64,000 nt of DNA from the IMG/VR virus record IMGVR_UViG_3300032291_001597, positions 32,001 through 96,000 of that record; one strand, given 5' to 3'. Below, piece by piece: positions 1-9,153 of the stretch. Below the pieces are notes generated by a model. It was given only the letters and a program-made list of their open reading frames with translations. It was not told the DNA's origin and searched no databases. A program made the position numbers and the translations under genes. The DNA comes from a virus. Each line of letters starts with the position of its first letter. The stretch's first letter is position 1.

Positions 1-47
1 ATGCCCTTGGGAGAGAGGCTTTAATAACTCACTCTTAGGGAGAAAAC

Positions 48-308
48 ATGGAAATCGTAAAAACAATCTTCAAGCGTACGATTGCGCTTGTAATCCTCAA
101 GGTCAGCGCGGTTCTTGCTGCTGGTAGTCTCGGTGGCGTAGAACTTTGGCAGTCAGCCCTTATCGCCGCTTTTGTCGGTGTCATGGAAGTTGCTGAATCT
201 CTAGCCCGTGCCTATGTTGTAGACGGAAACCTGAGCGAAGACGAAATCAACGTTGCGTTCGCATCGTCTGCTGAGGCTGAAGTTGCTAAGAACAAGGGAA
301 CTCGCTAG
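48..308 (+). CDS. small membrane protein, possibly holin-like
   Basis: RBS-like ggaga upstream; two hydrophobic stretches, charged C-terminus. Confidence 0.5.
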   Translation: MEIVKTIFKRTIALVILKVSAVLAAGSLGGVELWQSALIAAFVGVMEVAESLARAYVVDGNLSEDEINVAFASSAEAEVAKNKGTR

Positions 309-317
309 TCATTAAAT

Positions 318-350
318 AAGAAACCCCCTCTTTCGAGGGGGTTTTCTTGT
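318..350. terminator. bidirectional intrinsic terminator
   Basis: aagaaaccccctc-tttc-gagggggttttctt between convergent genes. Confidence 0.85.
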
Positions 351-355
351 TTAAC

Positions 356-814
356 CTACTTCTTGAGTTTGGTTCTAGCAACTCCATAGTAAAGGGGGTT
401 AGAAGAACTTAGCCCCAAGCCTTTGGCAATCTTGGTTAGCGAGATTCCGTTGTCCTCGTACTCGTGGCGAAGTGCTTCGTGATACTCCTCCACGCTCTTG
501 TCCTTGGCAATCTTGATGCGCTCTATTGCTTCCGCTAGTTGCTCTGGAGTTGCCTTGCTACGAATCCTCTTGGTTGCTGGAGCAATGCCTACAGTGGTGA
601 CGCGTCTGCGTACACCAGCGTATGTGACTCCTACAGCGTTAGAGATGGCGATAAGACTTCCACCCTTTGAGTAATACTCAACTAGTAGGCGAGTGTATTC
701 ACGGCTAGCGTCGTGCTGAGGCGATTTGGTGTTGCGTGAGCCGTAAGCCTTGCGAGCCAATGGCAATAGTTCCTTTAGGAGTGGAGCGTAGTGCTCTACT
801 AATTGTTCTGACAT
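356..814 (-). CDS. tandem HTH-like DNA-binding protein (paralog of 40564 and 44390)
   Basis: Two similar units (EYTRLLVEYYSKGGSLIAISNAVGVTYAGVRRR; EALRHEYEDNGISLTKIAKGLGL). Confidence 0.6.
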   Translation of the reverse strand: MSEQLVEHYAPLLKELLPLARKAYGSRNTKSPQHDASREYTRLLVEYYSKGGSLIAISNAVGVTYAGVRRRVTTVGIAPATKRIRSKATPEQLAEAIERIKIAKDKSVEEYHEALRHEYEDNGISLTKIAKGLGLSSSNPLYYGVARTKLKK

Positions 815-930
815 TATGTCCTTTCAAGTCATTTGTCTTTAGGTCGAAACCTTTATACCTGATTATAGACAGAACGTTTATAAAATCGCAAATTAATTGC
901 GTCCGCTGTCAGAGAACTAGTGACTGGCTT

Positions 931-1533
931 TTAGTTAGGGTACTTGCTTTTATCTGAGTGAGTAAACATTGTAAGCGCGTATCTTTCACCTGAAATTACT
1001 TCTTTGACCCCGTGCTGGTATTCCTCGCTACCTGGGTGAATCACAATGCTGTGCTTCTTAGGCTTCATAGATAGGGCTTTTTGAGGATAGTAAATCTCCC
1101 CTCCCGTATAGTCGTCATTCAAATAAATAACGAAGCCGTGAAGGATGTCACTATTTCCTTCGTGTGGACCTCTGTCACTATGCACTGGCATTGAGTCTCC
1201 AGATTTGAATCTATTTATACAGTTAATGTAGGAGTAAGAAACCTGCCCCTTTAGTTCGGGGTATGTCTTTTCGTATAATAGTCTGGCTTTTATTTCTATC
1301 TCTCTTAGAACGTTTCGGTCTAAATCTGGCATTTCTGTTACAAAAAGGCTTTTGCCTTCCCAAAAATTAGAGTGGTCGTCTTTTTCTTTTGGCACTTGTC
1401 CGTCGGTCCACTTGGCTCTAGCCTGAAACTCGGCGGTGGAGATTAGGTAGTCAGCCTGCTCTTCTGTGATGAAATCTTCTTCTATAAGAATTTTGGTGTT
1501 TCCGTAAAAATAAGCCATAGCAAATTTTACCAT
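931..1533 (-). CDS. 2OG-Fe(II) oxygenase, prolyl-4-hydroxylase-like
   Basis: HSD, YLNDDYTGGE, HGV and RY motifs; true start may be the ATG at 1518. Confidence 0.85.
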   Translation of the reverse strand: MVKFAMAYFYGNTKILIEEDFITEEQADYLISTAEFQARAKWTDGQVPKEKDDHSNFWEGKSLFVTEMPDLDRNVLREIEIKARLLYEKTYPELKGQVSYSYINCINRFKSGDSMPVHSDRGPHEGNSDILHGFVIYLNDDYTGGEIYYPQKALSMKPKKHSIVIHPGSEEYQHGVKEVISGERYALTMFTHSDKSKYPN

Positions 1534-1574
1534 TTTGTCTGGAAACTGAATTTGTTTGTGTTATAGTTTCTTCC

Positions 1575-1790
1575 AACAGGTTGTCGACGGAGAACCTGGA
1601 GTATGGCTGAATAATCCTCAAAGTCAAATGGGGAGGATAAGGCAACGTCTGACCTTAGCGGGTCGCCTTAGCGGGCAAAGGGCGGGTGTGCTCAAAAGCG
1701 GTACTGATGAACCGTATTGACTAGGCACTGGTGGTAAAAGGCAATCCACCTACTCACCACCACTCCTCTCATTAATGGGGAGTGGTACCC
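1575..1790 (+). ncRNA. candidate multi-hairpin structured RNA upstream of tRNA-Gly
   Basis: Extended -10 (tgttatagt, ~1559-1567) followed by at least seven stem-loops and no good ORF. Confidence 0.5.
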
Positions 1791-1861
1791 GCGTGTGTAG
1801 TTCAATGGCAGAACTCCAGTTTTCCAAACTGGTAGCGCAGGTTCGATTCCTGCTACACGCT
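1791..1861 (+). tRNA. tRNA-Gly(TCC)
   Basis: Acceptor gcgtgtg/tacacgc; anticodon arm ccagt-tttccaa-actgg; T-loop gttcgattc; no encoded CCA. Confidence 0.95.
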
Positions 1862-1910
1862 CAAGTAAGGCATTGACAAAATGTCAGTGGTGTAGTGTAT
1901 AGTGGGGATT

Positions 1911-2255
1911 ATGGGAAGAAAAAAGAAAGCAACAGAACCAGTGGTGGCTAGACCAAATGCTAACTGGGAGTACATTACCGAGATGCAAATCAATGGTCGA
2001 AATGTGACTAAGGGGACCGAACTCAAAATCTCTGGCGAGCGCGGTCGCTTTGTGTTTGTCAATTACACAAAGACTGACAATGGCAAAGAGTGGCTCACGG
2101 TTTGGGGTGGACCTAAGGGTATGGAGTCTATGCGTAGTTTCTATCTAGACAAAGTCAAGACAGTCCATTCTAAGAACAAGACTGACGCCAACTTGGTCAA
2201 GGCTCTCAAAGAGCGCAAGAAGGCTGAGAAACAAGCCAATCAAGACGAGCAGTAG
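1911..2255 (+). CDS. hypothetical phage protein (leaderless)
   Basis: TATAGT at 1898-1903, ATG 7 nt downstream. Confidence 0.7.
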   Translation: MGRKKKATEPVVARPNANWEYITEMQINGRNVTKGTELKISGERGRFVFVNYTKTDNGKEWLTVWGGPKGMESMRSFYLDKVKTVHSKNKTDANLVKALKERKKAEKQANQDEQ

Positions 2256-2390
2256 ATTCCTTTTTATAAACTTAGGTTTAGGTTTATAAGAGAAGTTCTG
2301 TCCAAAAGTGATACATTATTATACAACTTTGGTTCTGTAGCACGTTTCTGCTAGTGGTAGACTTGATAAAAATAACTAGGAGATGACTCG

Positions 2391-2633
2391 GTGGAAACTA
2401 TTGTTTACCACATTGGACCAGCGTGCGTTCAGTGCAACCAAACCAAGAAAATGATGACCAAACTCGACATTGACTTCAGAGAAGTCGACTTGCGAGAAGA
2501 GCCTGAACTGACTGAGAAGTTCAAGGCAGAAGGTCTTATGAGCGCTCCTATAGTAACTAGCGCCATCGGCACTTGGTCAGGATTCCGACTAGACCTAATT
2601 CAAGACTTGGCTGAGGCTAAGCCCAAGGGTTAG
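2391..2633 (+). CDS. nrdH: NrdH-like glutaredoxin
   Basis: CVQC active site, SAPIV and WSGFR motifs. Confidence 0.9.
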   Translation: METIVYHIGPACVQCNQTKKMMTKLDIDFREVDLREEPELTEKFKAEGLMSAPIVTSAIGTWSGFRLDLIQDLAEAKPKG

Positions 2634-3144
2634 ACTTATTTAGGTGGGTAGGCTCTGGAAACGGAGTCATTGACGTAAGTGGGAATCTCCAACCTCCGAT
2701 GTAGGCGTCCTCGTATTCTGACTTCCCAATCACATCGTCTGCCATAACCCAGCCATAAATCTCCACCTCGGAGAAGAAATCCTCGTCTGGGACATAACAG
2801 CCCACGACTGCCTTACCAGCGTCCTTTTTCCAGATGGGAACTTCTCCACGGGTGCGAACGGTGCGAACCTCCATGTTGCCACCGACGTCAGGAAGGTGCT
2901 TTCTGTATCGGTGCAGGTAGTTGGAGTAGACGGGGTAATTAAGGGAGGTGTTTGTCGCTTTGGCGACAGCCATCTCTGCAATGATGGTTCTAGTGTTTGA
3001 GATTAGGTCGTGCTGTAAAGAGCCGTTCTTCTTGCCTTCGGCATAGTTGGGGCGGTCTTCGCTACCAAACTTCTCTAGCCAAAGTTCAGTCGCCATGTTA
3101 GCGCAACGGCGGATTTCATCTTTTGTCATTTGAACTATAAACAT
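2617..3144 (-). CDS. hypothetical phage protein
   Basis: 175-aa ORF, leaderless TAAGAT-N6-ATG. Confidence 0.7.
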   Translation of the reverse strand: MFIVQMTKDEIRRCANMATELWLEKFGSEDRPNYAEGKKNGSLQHDLISNTRTIIAEMAVAKATNTSLNYPVYSNYLHRYRKHLPDVGGNMEVRTVRTRGEVPIWKKDAGKAVVGCYVPDEDFFSEVEIYGWVMADDVIGKSEYEDAYIGGWRFPLTSMTPFPEPTHLNKSNPWA

Positions 3145-3188
3145 AGAGCCATCTTACAACGTCGACGTCCAGAAGGTAAGATAAGTGT

Positions 3189-3749
3189 ATGTCGCAGAAA
3201 GAACACGAGCCATTCAACTTTAAAAAGTCTGGCTTTTTTGAGGTAGATGGTATAAAAGAACTGGTGGGTAAGTTCAAAGACGAATGGCTAATCGATACTT
3301 CGCGTCAAGAAACTTATGCTGTTCATCAAGACACCGAGTCCTACTTTCTCTATCAGACTGACCTTACTTGGGAGTCTGGTGAGCCTTTTATAGTAACTAA
3401 ACACGACATTGACCCTGAGTTAGAAGACTTGGTAGAGCCGATAATTAGTGAATTAGAGGGACTCCACGACGGTCAGCGCGGGAATGTGTTACTTATCAAG
3501 TTGAAGGCTGGGCGTTCTATAGCCAGCCACCGAGATGGCGGTGAGTATTTAGACTCGGCTAGAAGACATCACATAGCAATTATTACTTCTGACGAGACCA
3601 AGTTTGGTGTGGGCGACGAAGAAATCTCTATGACCGAAGGCGTCTGCTGGGAGATAAACAACTCTCGCGTCCACTATGTAATAAACGATTCTGACACTGA
3701 CAGAGTTCACCTACTTGTGGACATAATGCCAAATTCAAAAACAAAATAG
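3189..3749 (+). CDS. aspartyl/asparaginyl beta-hydroxylase-like 2OG-Fe(II) oxygenase
   Basis: HRD, WEINNSRVHYV and RVHLLVD motifs. Confidence 0.85.
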   Translation: MSQKEHEPFNFKKSGFFEVDGIKELVGKFKDEWLIDTSRQETYAVHQDTESYFLYQTDLTWESGEPFIVTKHDIDPELEDLVEPIISELEGLHDGQRGNVLLIKLKAGRSIASHRDGGEYLDSARRHHIAIITSDETKFGVGDEEISMTEGVCWEINNSRVHYVINDSDTDRVHLLVDIMPNSKTK

Positions 3750-3773
3750 TCGACGTCCATAAGAAAGGAAGAA

Positions 3774-3974
3774 ATGACTGGAAACAAACTAGCAATCTAC
3801 AAAAGCCTAAGTTGGCACGTAGTTCACATCTTTATGTTGACAGTGACCGTTTTTCTGTTTACTGGTAGGCTAGACATTGTGGCTGGAATCGTATCTGTCC
3901 ACGTAATCTCTGAGACGGTGATTTACTACCTACACGAACGGGTTTGGCAAAAGACAAATCGAAAGAAGGACTAA
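3774..3974 (+). CDS. DUF2061-like membrane protein
   Basis: KSLSW and YYLHERVW motifs. Confidence 0.75.
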   Translation: MTGNKLAIYKSLSWHVVHIFMLTVTVFLFTGRLDIVAGIVSVHVISETVIYYLHERVWQKTNRKKD

Positions 3975-3977
3975 GAG

Positions 3978-4151
3978 TTGATAAAAGTTAGCGGGAAAGA
4001 ACTTTTAGTAATTTCAGCAATCGTAGTCTCAATGCTTGGCTCTTTGGCTTATGGGTTCTTTGCCTTAGGCGTAGGCAAGATGCCTGATAACTGTTGGGAC
4101 AAATACTCCACAGAGCAGGAAGCAATTATCAACTGTGAGGGTGAGCAGTAG
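3978..4151 (+). CDS. small membrane protein (57 aa, not in ORF track)
   Basis: TTG start; MIKVSGKELLVISAIVVSMLGSLAYGFFALG...CWDKYSTEQEAIINCEGEQ. Confidence 0.55.
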   Translation: MIKVSGKELLVISAIVVSMLGSLAYGFFALGVGKMPDNCWDKYSTEQEAIINCEGEQ

Positions 4152-4280
4152 TGGCTAAAAGAATTGGTTACCCCTGTCGTAAACATCGCATAAGATTTCG
4201 CGGAAGTTATTGCCCTAAATGCTACAAAGAAAGAAGAGACCTAGAAAGGTCCCGCTAGTTTTAATATCAATTCGTGAAGG

Positions 4281-4928
4281 ATGAAAGTAAAAATGAGTGA
4301 GTATCCAAAAATCATAAGCAACTTCATTTCTGATGAAGAGATAGCAAGAATAGAGTCTTTCTTGGACTCTCTGGCTAAACCTGCTCCTCATATGGATAGC
4401 CTGAGGGTTTGCTTGGGCTACCAGAACTCAAAGATTGCTTCAAAGATTGGGTATGAGCATCCTGTCTTGAATGGTTATCAGTCTGGCGAACATTCTGAAA
4501 CTGTCAAAGACATTGGAGACGTTCTTCTTAGAACTAAGTCAGTATTAGAAGAAGAGTTCGGTCAAGAGATGGATACCGTGAATTTTCTTTACCAGCAACT
4601 GCTGGAGGGTGGATTCAACCAACTTCACTCCGATAGCACCAAACTTGATGGCACCCCGCTTAGCGATGATGGAACTCCAGAAGAGACTGAGTGGTCCGCT
4701 TTACTATACCTAACCTCTGGTGGTGGCGAAGACTTTGAAGGTGGAGAACTGATTTTCCCTAAGCAAGGACTTACCTACGTTCCAGTCAAAGGTGACTTAG
4801 TGTTTTTTATTGGAGACGTTCACCACCCGCACAGGGTTGCCAAAGTCACTAGCGGAGTTAGAAGCACTCTTGTTTCTTTCTTTGCTAGAAAAGGAAACAT
4901 CTCTGAAGTAATCGCATTTCACGATTAG
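4281..4928 (+). CDS. 2OG-Fe(II) oxygenase
   Basis: HSD, DFEGGEL, HRV and R motifs. Confidence 0.85.
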   Translation: MKVKMSEYPKIISNFISDEEIARIESFLDSLAKPAPHMDSLRVCLGYQNSKIASKIGYEHPVLNGYQSGEHSETVKDIGDVLLRTKSVLEEEFGQEMDTVNFLYQQLLEGGFNQLHSDSTKLDGTPLSDDGTPEETEWSALLYLTSGGGEDFEGGELIFPKQGLTYVPVKGDLVFFIGDVHHPHRVAKVTSGVRSTLVSFFARKGNISEVIAFHD

Positions 4929-4933
4929 TAAAA

Positions 4934-5006
4934 CCCCGCGTAACTCAGTGGATAGAGTGAGACCCTTCTAATGTCTAAGTCGCAAGTTCGATTCTTGCCG
5001 CGGGGA
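4934..5006 (+). tRNA. tRNA-Arg(TCT)
   Basis: Acceptor ccccgcg/cgcgggg; anticodon loop cttctaa; T-loop gttcgattc; one mismatch in the anticodon stem. Confidence 0.9.
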
Positions 5007-5021
5007 CTATAGAATAAAGCA

Positions 5022-6320
5022 ATGAGCAAATACATGAAGACGGAGCAGGCGGTTGTGTATCACGGCAACTGTCTAGATGAACTAAAAAACATCCCCGACA
5101 ATTACGTAGATGCCATCGTCACCGACCCTCCTTATGGTCTTGGTGACTCCGACCCTGCCTACATCCTTGACGCTTTGAAGATGTGGATGGATGGTGACCG
5201 CTCGCACATTCCTGCTGGTAAGGGCTTTATGGGAAAGCAGTGGGACGCTTTCGTTCCACCGCCTGCTGTATGGGACGAGTGCTTTAGAGTGCTAAAGCCG
5301 GGTGGATACATTCTAGTTTTTGCGGGAACTCGAACCGTGGACCTTATGGGTCTTTCAGTTCGTATGGCTGGGTTTGAGATTCGTGACTCGCTTACTTGGA
5401 TTTATTCGCAAGGCTTTCCTAAATCGCTCGACGTCCAGAAGGCAATAGAAAAGATAGACGCGTCTGAAGCCAGCAATTGGGCTGGTTGGGGCACTGCTCT
5501 AAAGCCAGCATCTGAGCCAATTGTCATGGCGCGAAAGCCTCTAAGCGAAAAAACCGTAGCAAAGAACGTGTTGGAGTGGGGTACTGGTGGAATCAACATC
5601 GACGGTATTCGCATCGGTGTAGCAGAAGGCGATGAGCCAGTCGCTGGACATCGCACCGCGACATTCGGCACGCAAGAGACTTTCTCTGGCGGAGACGGCT
5701 CTGGAGATTGGGCTTGGTCAGGTAAAGGTCGCTTTCCATCAAACGTAATGTTTAGCCACGACGAAGAGTGTGTTCAAGTAGGAGTTGCTCAAGACTCTTA
5801 CGTAATAAACAGAACTGAAGAGTGGACGGGCTTTGGGCAGAAAGAGCGCCCAGACTACGAAAGCGAATCGCAAACTGTCGACGTCCCTATTTATGAGTGT
5901 GTAGAAGGATGCCCCGTAAAAGAACTTGGAGACGTTAGTCGCTTTTTCTATGTTGCCAAGGCAAACAAGAAAGACCGCAACGAAGGTCTAGATGGGTTTG
6001 CTGAAAAGGGTAAAGTCTTCAACGGAAAGTCTGGGGCAAGTGCTGGCAATGCGCCGGGTTCGGTGGAAGACAAGTTCACTACGGCTCCGCAAAAGAACTT
6101 CCACCCGACCGTGAAGCCGACGTCCCTAATGAGACAATTAGTAAAGATGGTCGCACCTGAAGGGGCGATTGTTCTAGACCCGTTTGCTGGGTCTGGCTCT
6201 ACTGGCAAGGCCACGATTCTTGAGGGTCGCAGATTCATTGGAATTGAGATGACAGACGAGTATCTGCCAATCATTCAAGGTAGACTCGAACACGCAATCA
6301 GAGAAAGAAAAGAAAAATGA
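5022..6320 (+). CDS. DNA amino-methyltransferase (N6-A/N4-C, beta class)
   Basis: DPPY near N-terminus, HPTVKP, DPFAGSGSTG near C-terminus. Confidence 0.9.
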   Translation: MSKYMKTEQAVVYHGNCLDELKNIPDNYVDAIVTDPPYGLGDSDPAYILDALKMWMDGDRSHIPAGKGFMGKQWDAFVPPPAVWDECFRVLKPGGYILVFAGTRTVDLMGLSVRMAGFEIRDSLTWIYSQGFPKSLDVQKAIEKIDASEASNWAGWGTALKPASEPIVMARKPLSEKTVAKNVLEWGTGGINIDGIRIGVAEGDEPVAGHRTATFGTQETFSGGDGSGDWAWSGKGRFPSNVMFSHDEECVQVGVAQDSYVINRTEEWTGFGQKERPDYESESQTVDVPIYECVEGCPVKELGDVSRFFYVAKANKKDRNEGLDGFAEKGKVFNGKSGASAGNAPGSVEDKFTTAPQKNFHPTVKPTSLMRQLVKMVAPEGAIVLDPFAGSGSTGKATILEGRRFIGIEMTDEYLPIIQGRLEHAIRERKEK

Positions 6321-6766
6321 TGATAGTTAGTTACTACGCTGACGACCAAAATCGTATGCCAGCCTATGGCACTAGTGAATCTGCTGGCGCAGACGTAAAG
6401 GCTTCAGAGAGCGTGATGATTCGAGCAGGCGAACGTAAGTTAGTAAAGACTGGTCTGAAACTAGTTATGCCAAAAGGTGTGGTTGGGCTAATTCATCCTC
6501 GCTCTGGACTAGCACTGAGAAACGGAATCACCGTGCTAAACGCGCCTGGAACTATCGACTCGGATTATCGCGGAGAAATTGGCGTAATTCTTTACAACTC
6601 TTCTACAGAAGATTATGTAGTTGAGCAGGGGGACCGCATCGCGCAAATTGTTTTCCAAAGATACATCGGCGTTCAATTCGAATACGGTGGCGTCGACATC
6701 CCTATGGAAGACGAAACCGAACGAGGCGAAGGTGGATTTGGGTCAACTGGAGTTGGTGAAGAGTAG
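6317..6766 (+). CDS. dut: trimeric dUTPase
   Basis: AGAD, PRSG, GTIDSDYRGE, RIAQ, RGEGGFGSTG. Confidence 0.97.
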   Translation: MMIVSYYADDQNRMPAYGTSESAGADVKASESVMIRAGERKLVKTGLKLVMPKGVVGLIHPRSGLALRNGITVLNAPGTIDSDYRGEIGVILYNSSTEDYVVEQGDRIAQIVFQRYIGVQFEYGGVDIPMEDETERGEGGFGSTGVGEE

Positions 6767-7083
6767 TGATTCCAGATATTGACTTTACTTTGCGTGACGC
6801 AAAAATTGAGGCCGTTGCTTTTGATGAGCGCGATGAAGTGGTTGTAGACAAAATTGGTAAAGCAGTTCGGCAGGCGGTGAAAGCCAGAGAAGATGTACAG
6901 AACGCTTTGGCTGAAGCAATTGATAGTTCGTCGACGTTCGGTTATGAATTAGGTGTAATAGACGAGCGCCACAGAATACTGGACCTTATGCGACCAGCGC
7001 TTTGTGATGAAGAAAACTGCGAAAAAGAAGTTTGTAAGCAATACTTGTCCGTATACAGAAAGGTAGAAAGTGGCAAAGAGTAA
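6766..7083 (+). CDS. hypothetical protein
   Basis: Coupled to dut. Confidence 0.6.
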   Translation: MIPDIDFTLRDAKIEAVAFDERDEVVVDKIGKAVRQAVKAREDVQNALAEAIDSSSTFGYELGVIDERHRILDLMRPALCDEENCEKEVCKQYLSVYRKVESGKE

Positions 7084-7201
7084 AGGTGGAGGCGCTCCGC
7101 AGAAGAAGACAGGCGACAACTCGGACCGTAAGAACGGTAAAGCGAGCAAGAAGCGCCCTAAGATTTTCGACGCAATCAAGCGTCGCCTTGTATCTAAGTA
7201 G
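7070..7201 (+). CDS. small basic protein (43 aa, not in ORF track)
   Basis: MAKSKGGGAPQKKTGDNSDRKNGKASKKRPKIFDAIKRRLVSK fills the gap between two genes. Confidence 0.55.
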   Translation: MAKSKGGGAPQKKTGDNSDRKNGKASKKRPKIFDAIKRRLVSK

Positions 7202-7207
7202 TCTCAA

Positions 7208-7465
7208 TTGAGTGAGATAGTCGACGACCCTAACCCTGAAATCAAAGATGCTACGCATCGAATGTCTGTAGACATAGATGAAGCCACGAAACTGATAGTA
7301 AAACTATTCATTCAAGAAGGCATCATTCAAGAACGAGAACGTATCGCAACTTGGATAAAGGCGCACAGGACCGAAGTAACTAACGGAGTATTCAGAGACC
7401 ACTTCAATTCCGAGTATCTACTAAACAATGTAATTCCTTTACCTGAGGTGGAGAGCGAAGACTAA
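7208..7465 (+). CDS. hypothetical protein
   Basis: In operon. Confidence 0.6.
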   Translation: MSEIVDDPNPEIKDATHRMSVDIDEATKLIVKLFIQEGIIQERERIATWIKAHRTEVTNGVFRDHFNSEYLLNNVIPLPEVESED

Positions 7466-7914
7466 TGGGAGATTTTGTAAGTGACAACAGAAAACTATTT
7501 CACTTAGAGATAATCGACACCGACGGCGACCGCTTCGTCGAATGGGAATGGGCAAACTCTAAAGAAGAAATCTTAGGGCGTGACGAAATGGGATATGACA
7601 TTGCTCACATTGAAGTAAGAATCGCTACTGACGATGAATTGGACGCTTGGCTAGAAGGACATAGCGAGGCGATGATGGTCAGTATGGCTGAAGAAAGATT
7701 GGCTAATTGGAACGGTGTCGCCTACAAGGTCGAGTCATTTGTACCAATGGTCACTAAAGAAGTCTTTACTTGTGGCGTCTGCGAGAAGTCATTAGAAATA
7801 GAAACTAAGGCTGCTACCCTCGGCAACTTCTATCTAAGCGTTAGAACTCCAAAAGACAATCAAGCAAACAAAACCATTCTTTGGCACGTTTGTATTGACT
7901 GCTCTATCGAATAG
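7465..7914 (+). CDS. hypothetical protein with C-terminal Cys/His motifs
   Basis: CGVC and HVCIDC; coupled start. Confidence 0.6.
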   Translation: MGDFVSDNRKLFHLEIIDTDGDRFVEWEWANSKEEILGRDEMGYDIAHIEVRIATDDELDAWLEGHSEAMMVSMAEERLANWNGVAYKVESFVPMVTKEVFTCGVCEKSLEIETKAATLGNFYLSVRTPKDNQANKTILWHVCIDCSIE

Positions 7915-7922
7915 GAAAACAA

Positions 7923-8816
7923 TTGAAGATTTACATCGCTGGACCAATGACTGGCTACGACCAGTGGAACTTTCCTGCTTTCTTTAAGTTAGAAGAGTCG
8001 TTACTTAAACTTGGCTATCGAGTCGTTAATCCAGCGCACAATGACGGACCAACTTTAGAGTTAGCACTAGAGTCCGCGGGTGAGCCAGAGAGACCAAACA
8101 ATAGTTGGAACTGGTATATGAAACGCGACTTGCCACACTTACTTGAGTGTGATGCTATTTGTGTTCTACCTAACTGGCAAAAATCAAAGGGCGCTTCTCT
8201 GGAGGTCCAAGTTGCCACCGCGATTGGTGTTCCAGTTTATGTATTAGAAAATGACAAACTAGTTCCTCGCGTCAGAGCGTTAGGCATAAGCGGGTGGGCT
8301 AGGTCTGGCAAAGATTCGGTTGCCGAATACTTGATAGAGAATAACGGCTATGGAAAAGCATCTTTTGCCCAAGCCATAAAAGATGCTCTAATTATTCTGA
8401 ACCCTGTAATCGACGTACACGAAACCCGCGTTGCGCTAAGTTCGTCCCTTGGGCACCTCGACTGGGATTACCTAAAAAGCGCCAGCACCGAAATTCGACC
8501 CCTACTACAACGATTCGGAACCGAGGTTGGAAGGGAGATGTTCGGGGACGACTTCTGGGTTGACTATGCAATAAAACACGTTCCAGACGGTTCTAAAGTC
8601 GTTTTCTCCGACGTCCGATACCCGAACGAGGCTGATGCGATTAGGAAACTAGGCGGTCAAATCTGGCGTGTAGAGCGGGAGGGATACGGACCAGCCAATG
8701 ACCACGCATCTGAGCACGCCTTGAACGGATACAACTTTGACCAGAGAATCTATAATGATAAAGACCTAGAAAGTCTCTGGGACAAAGTTGGAGTGCTCTG
8801 CCGTGAACTGCCCTAA
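7923..8816 (+). CDS. DUF4406/nucleoside 2-deoxyribosyltransferase-like domain fused to dNMP kinase
   Basis: N-term IYIAGPM...SKGASLE; C-term GISGWARSGKD, LQRFGTE, DVRYPNE, HASE. Confidence 0.85.
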   Translation: MKIYIAGPMTGYDQWNFPAFFKLEESLLKLGYRVVNPAHNDGPTLELALESAGEPERPNNSWNWYMKRDLPHLLECDAICVLPNWQKSKGASLEVQVATAIGVPVYVLENDKLVPRVRALGISGWARSGKDSVAEYLIENNGYGKASFAQAIKDALIILNPVIDVHETRVALSSSLGHLDWDYLKSASTEIRPLLQRFGTEVGREMFGDDFWVDYAIKHVPDGSKVVFSDVRYPNEADAIRKLGGQIWRVEREGYGPANDHASEHALNGYNFDQRIYNDKDLESLWDKVGVLCRELP

Positions 8817-9153
8817 AAGTGTGAAAATTGGCACCCACGTCTTTGACATAGTTGAAAGACTAAAAGAAGAAGACGGGATGCTAAATGATTCCACTTTGGG
8901 CTACACCCTTGAAGCAAAAACTCTTATAGTAATCGACAAAGGATTGTCGGACAGTAAAAAGCGCCAGACGTTACTTCACGAAATTATGCACGCTTGCGTT
9001 TATGTATTTGATACCAGCGTCAAGCCTAAGAAGACCGACGAGTTCGACATTTGGGAACATTATTTCATTGGGATTTGGGAAGAGCCACTACTAATGGTGA
9101 TGCAAGATAATCCAAAATTAATAGAATTTTTATTGGCAAAAACTTCAAAATAG
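8788..9153 (+). CDS. small HEXXH metallopeptidase-like phage protein
   Basis: TLLHEIMHA; start probably the GTG at 8803. Confidence 0.7.
   Translation: MECSAVNCPKSVKIGTHVFDIVERLKEEDGMLNDSTLGYTLEAKTLIVIDKGLSDSKKRQTLLHEIMHACVYVFDTSVKPKKTDEFDIWEHYFIGIWEEPLLMVMQDNPKLIEFLLAKTSK

Noticed and set aside
1575-1790. tmRNA, RNase P RNA or group I intron as the identity of the structured region
   Set aside because: No tRNA-like ends or tag ORF, no recognisable RNase P core, and too short with no interrupted gene.
5402-6274. Antisense ORFs within the methylase and similar ORFs opposite the lysin block, AAA+/VWA and portal
   Set aside because: They are explained by codon bias of the real gene on the other strand.
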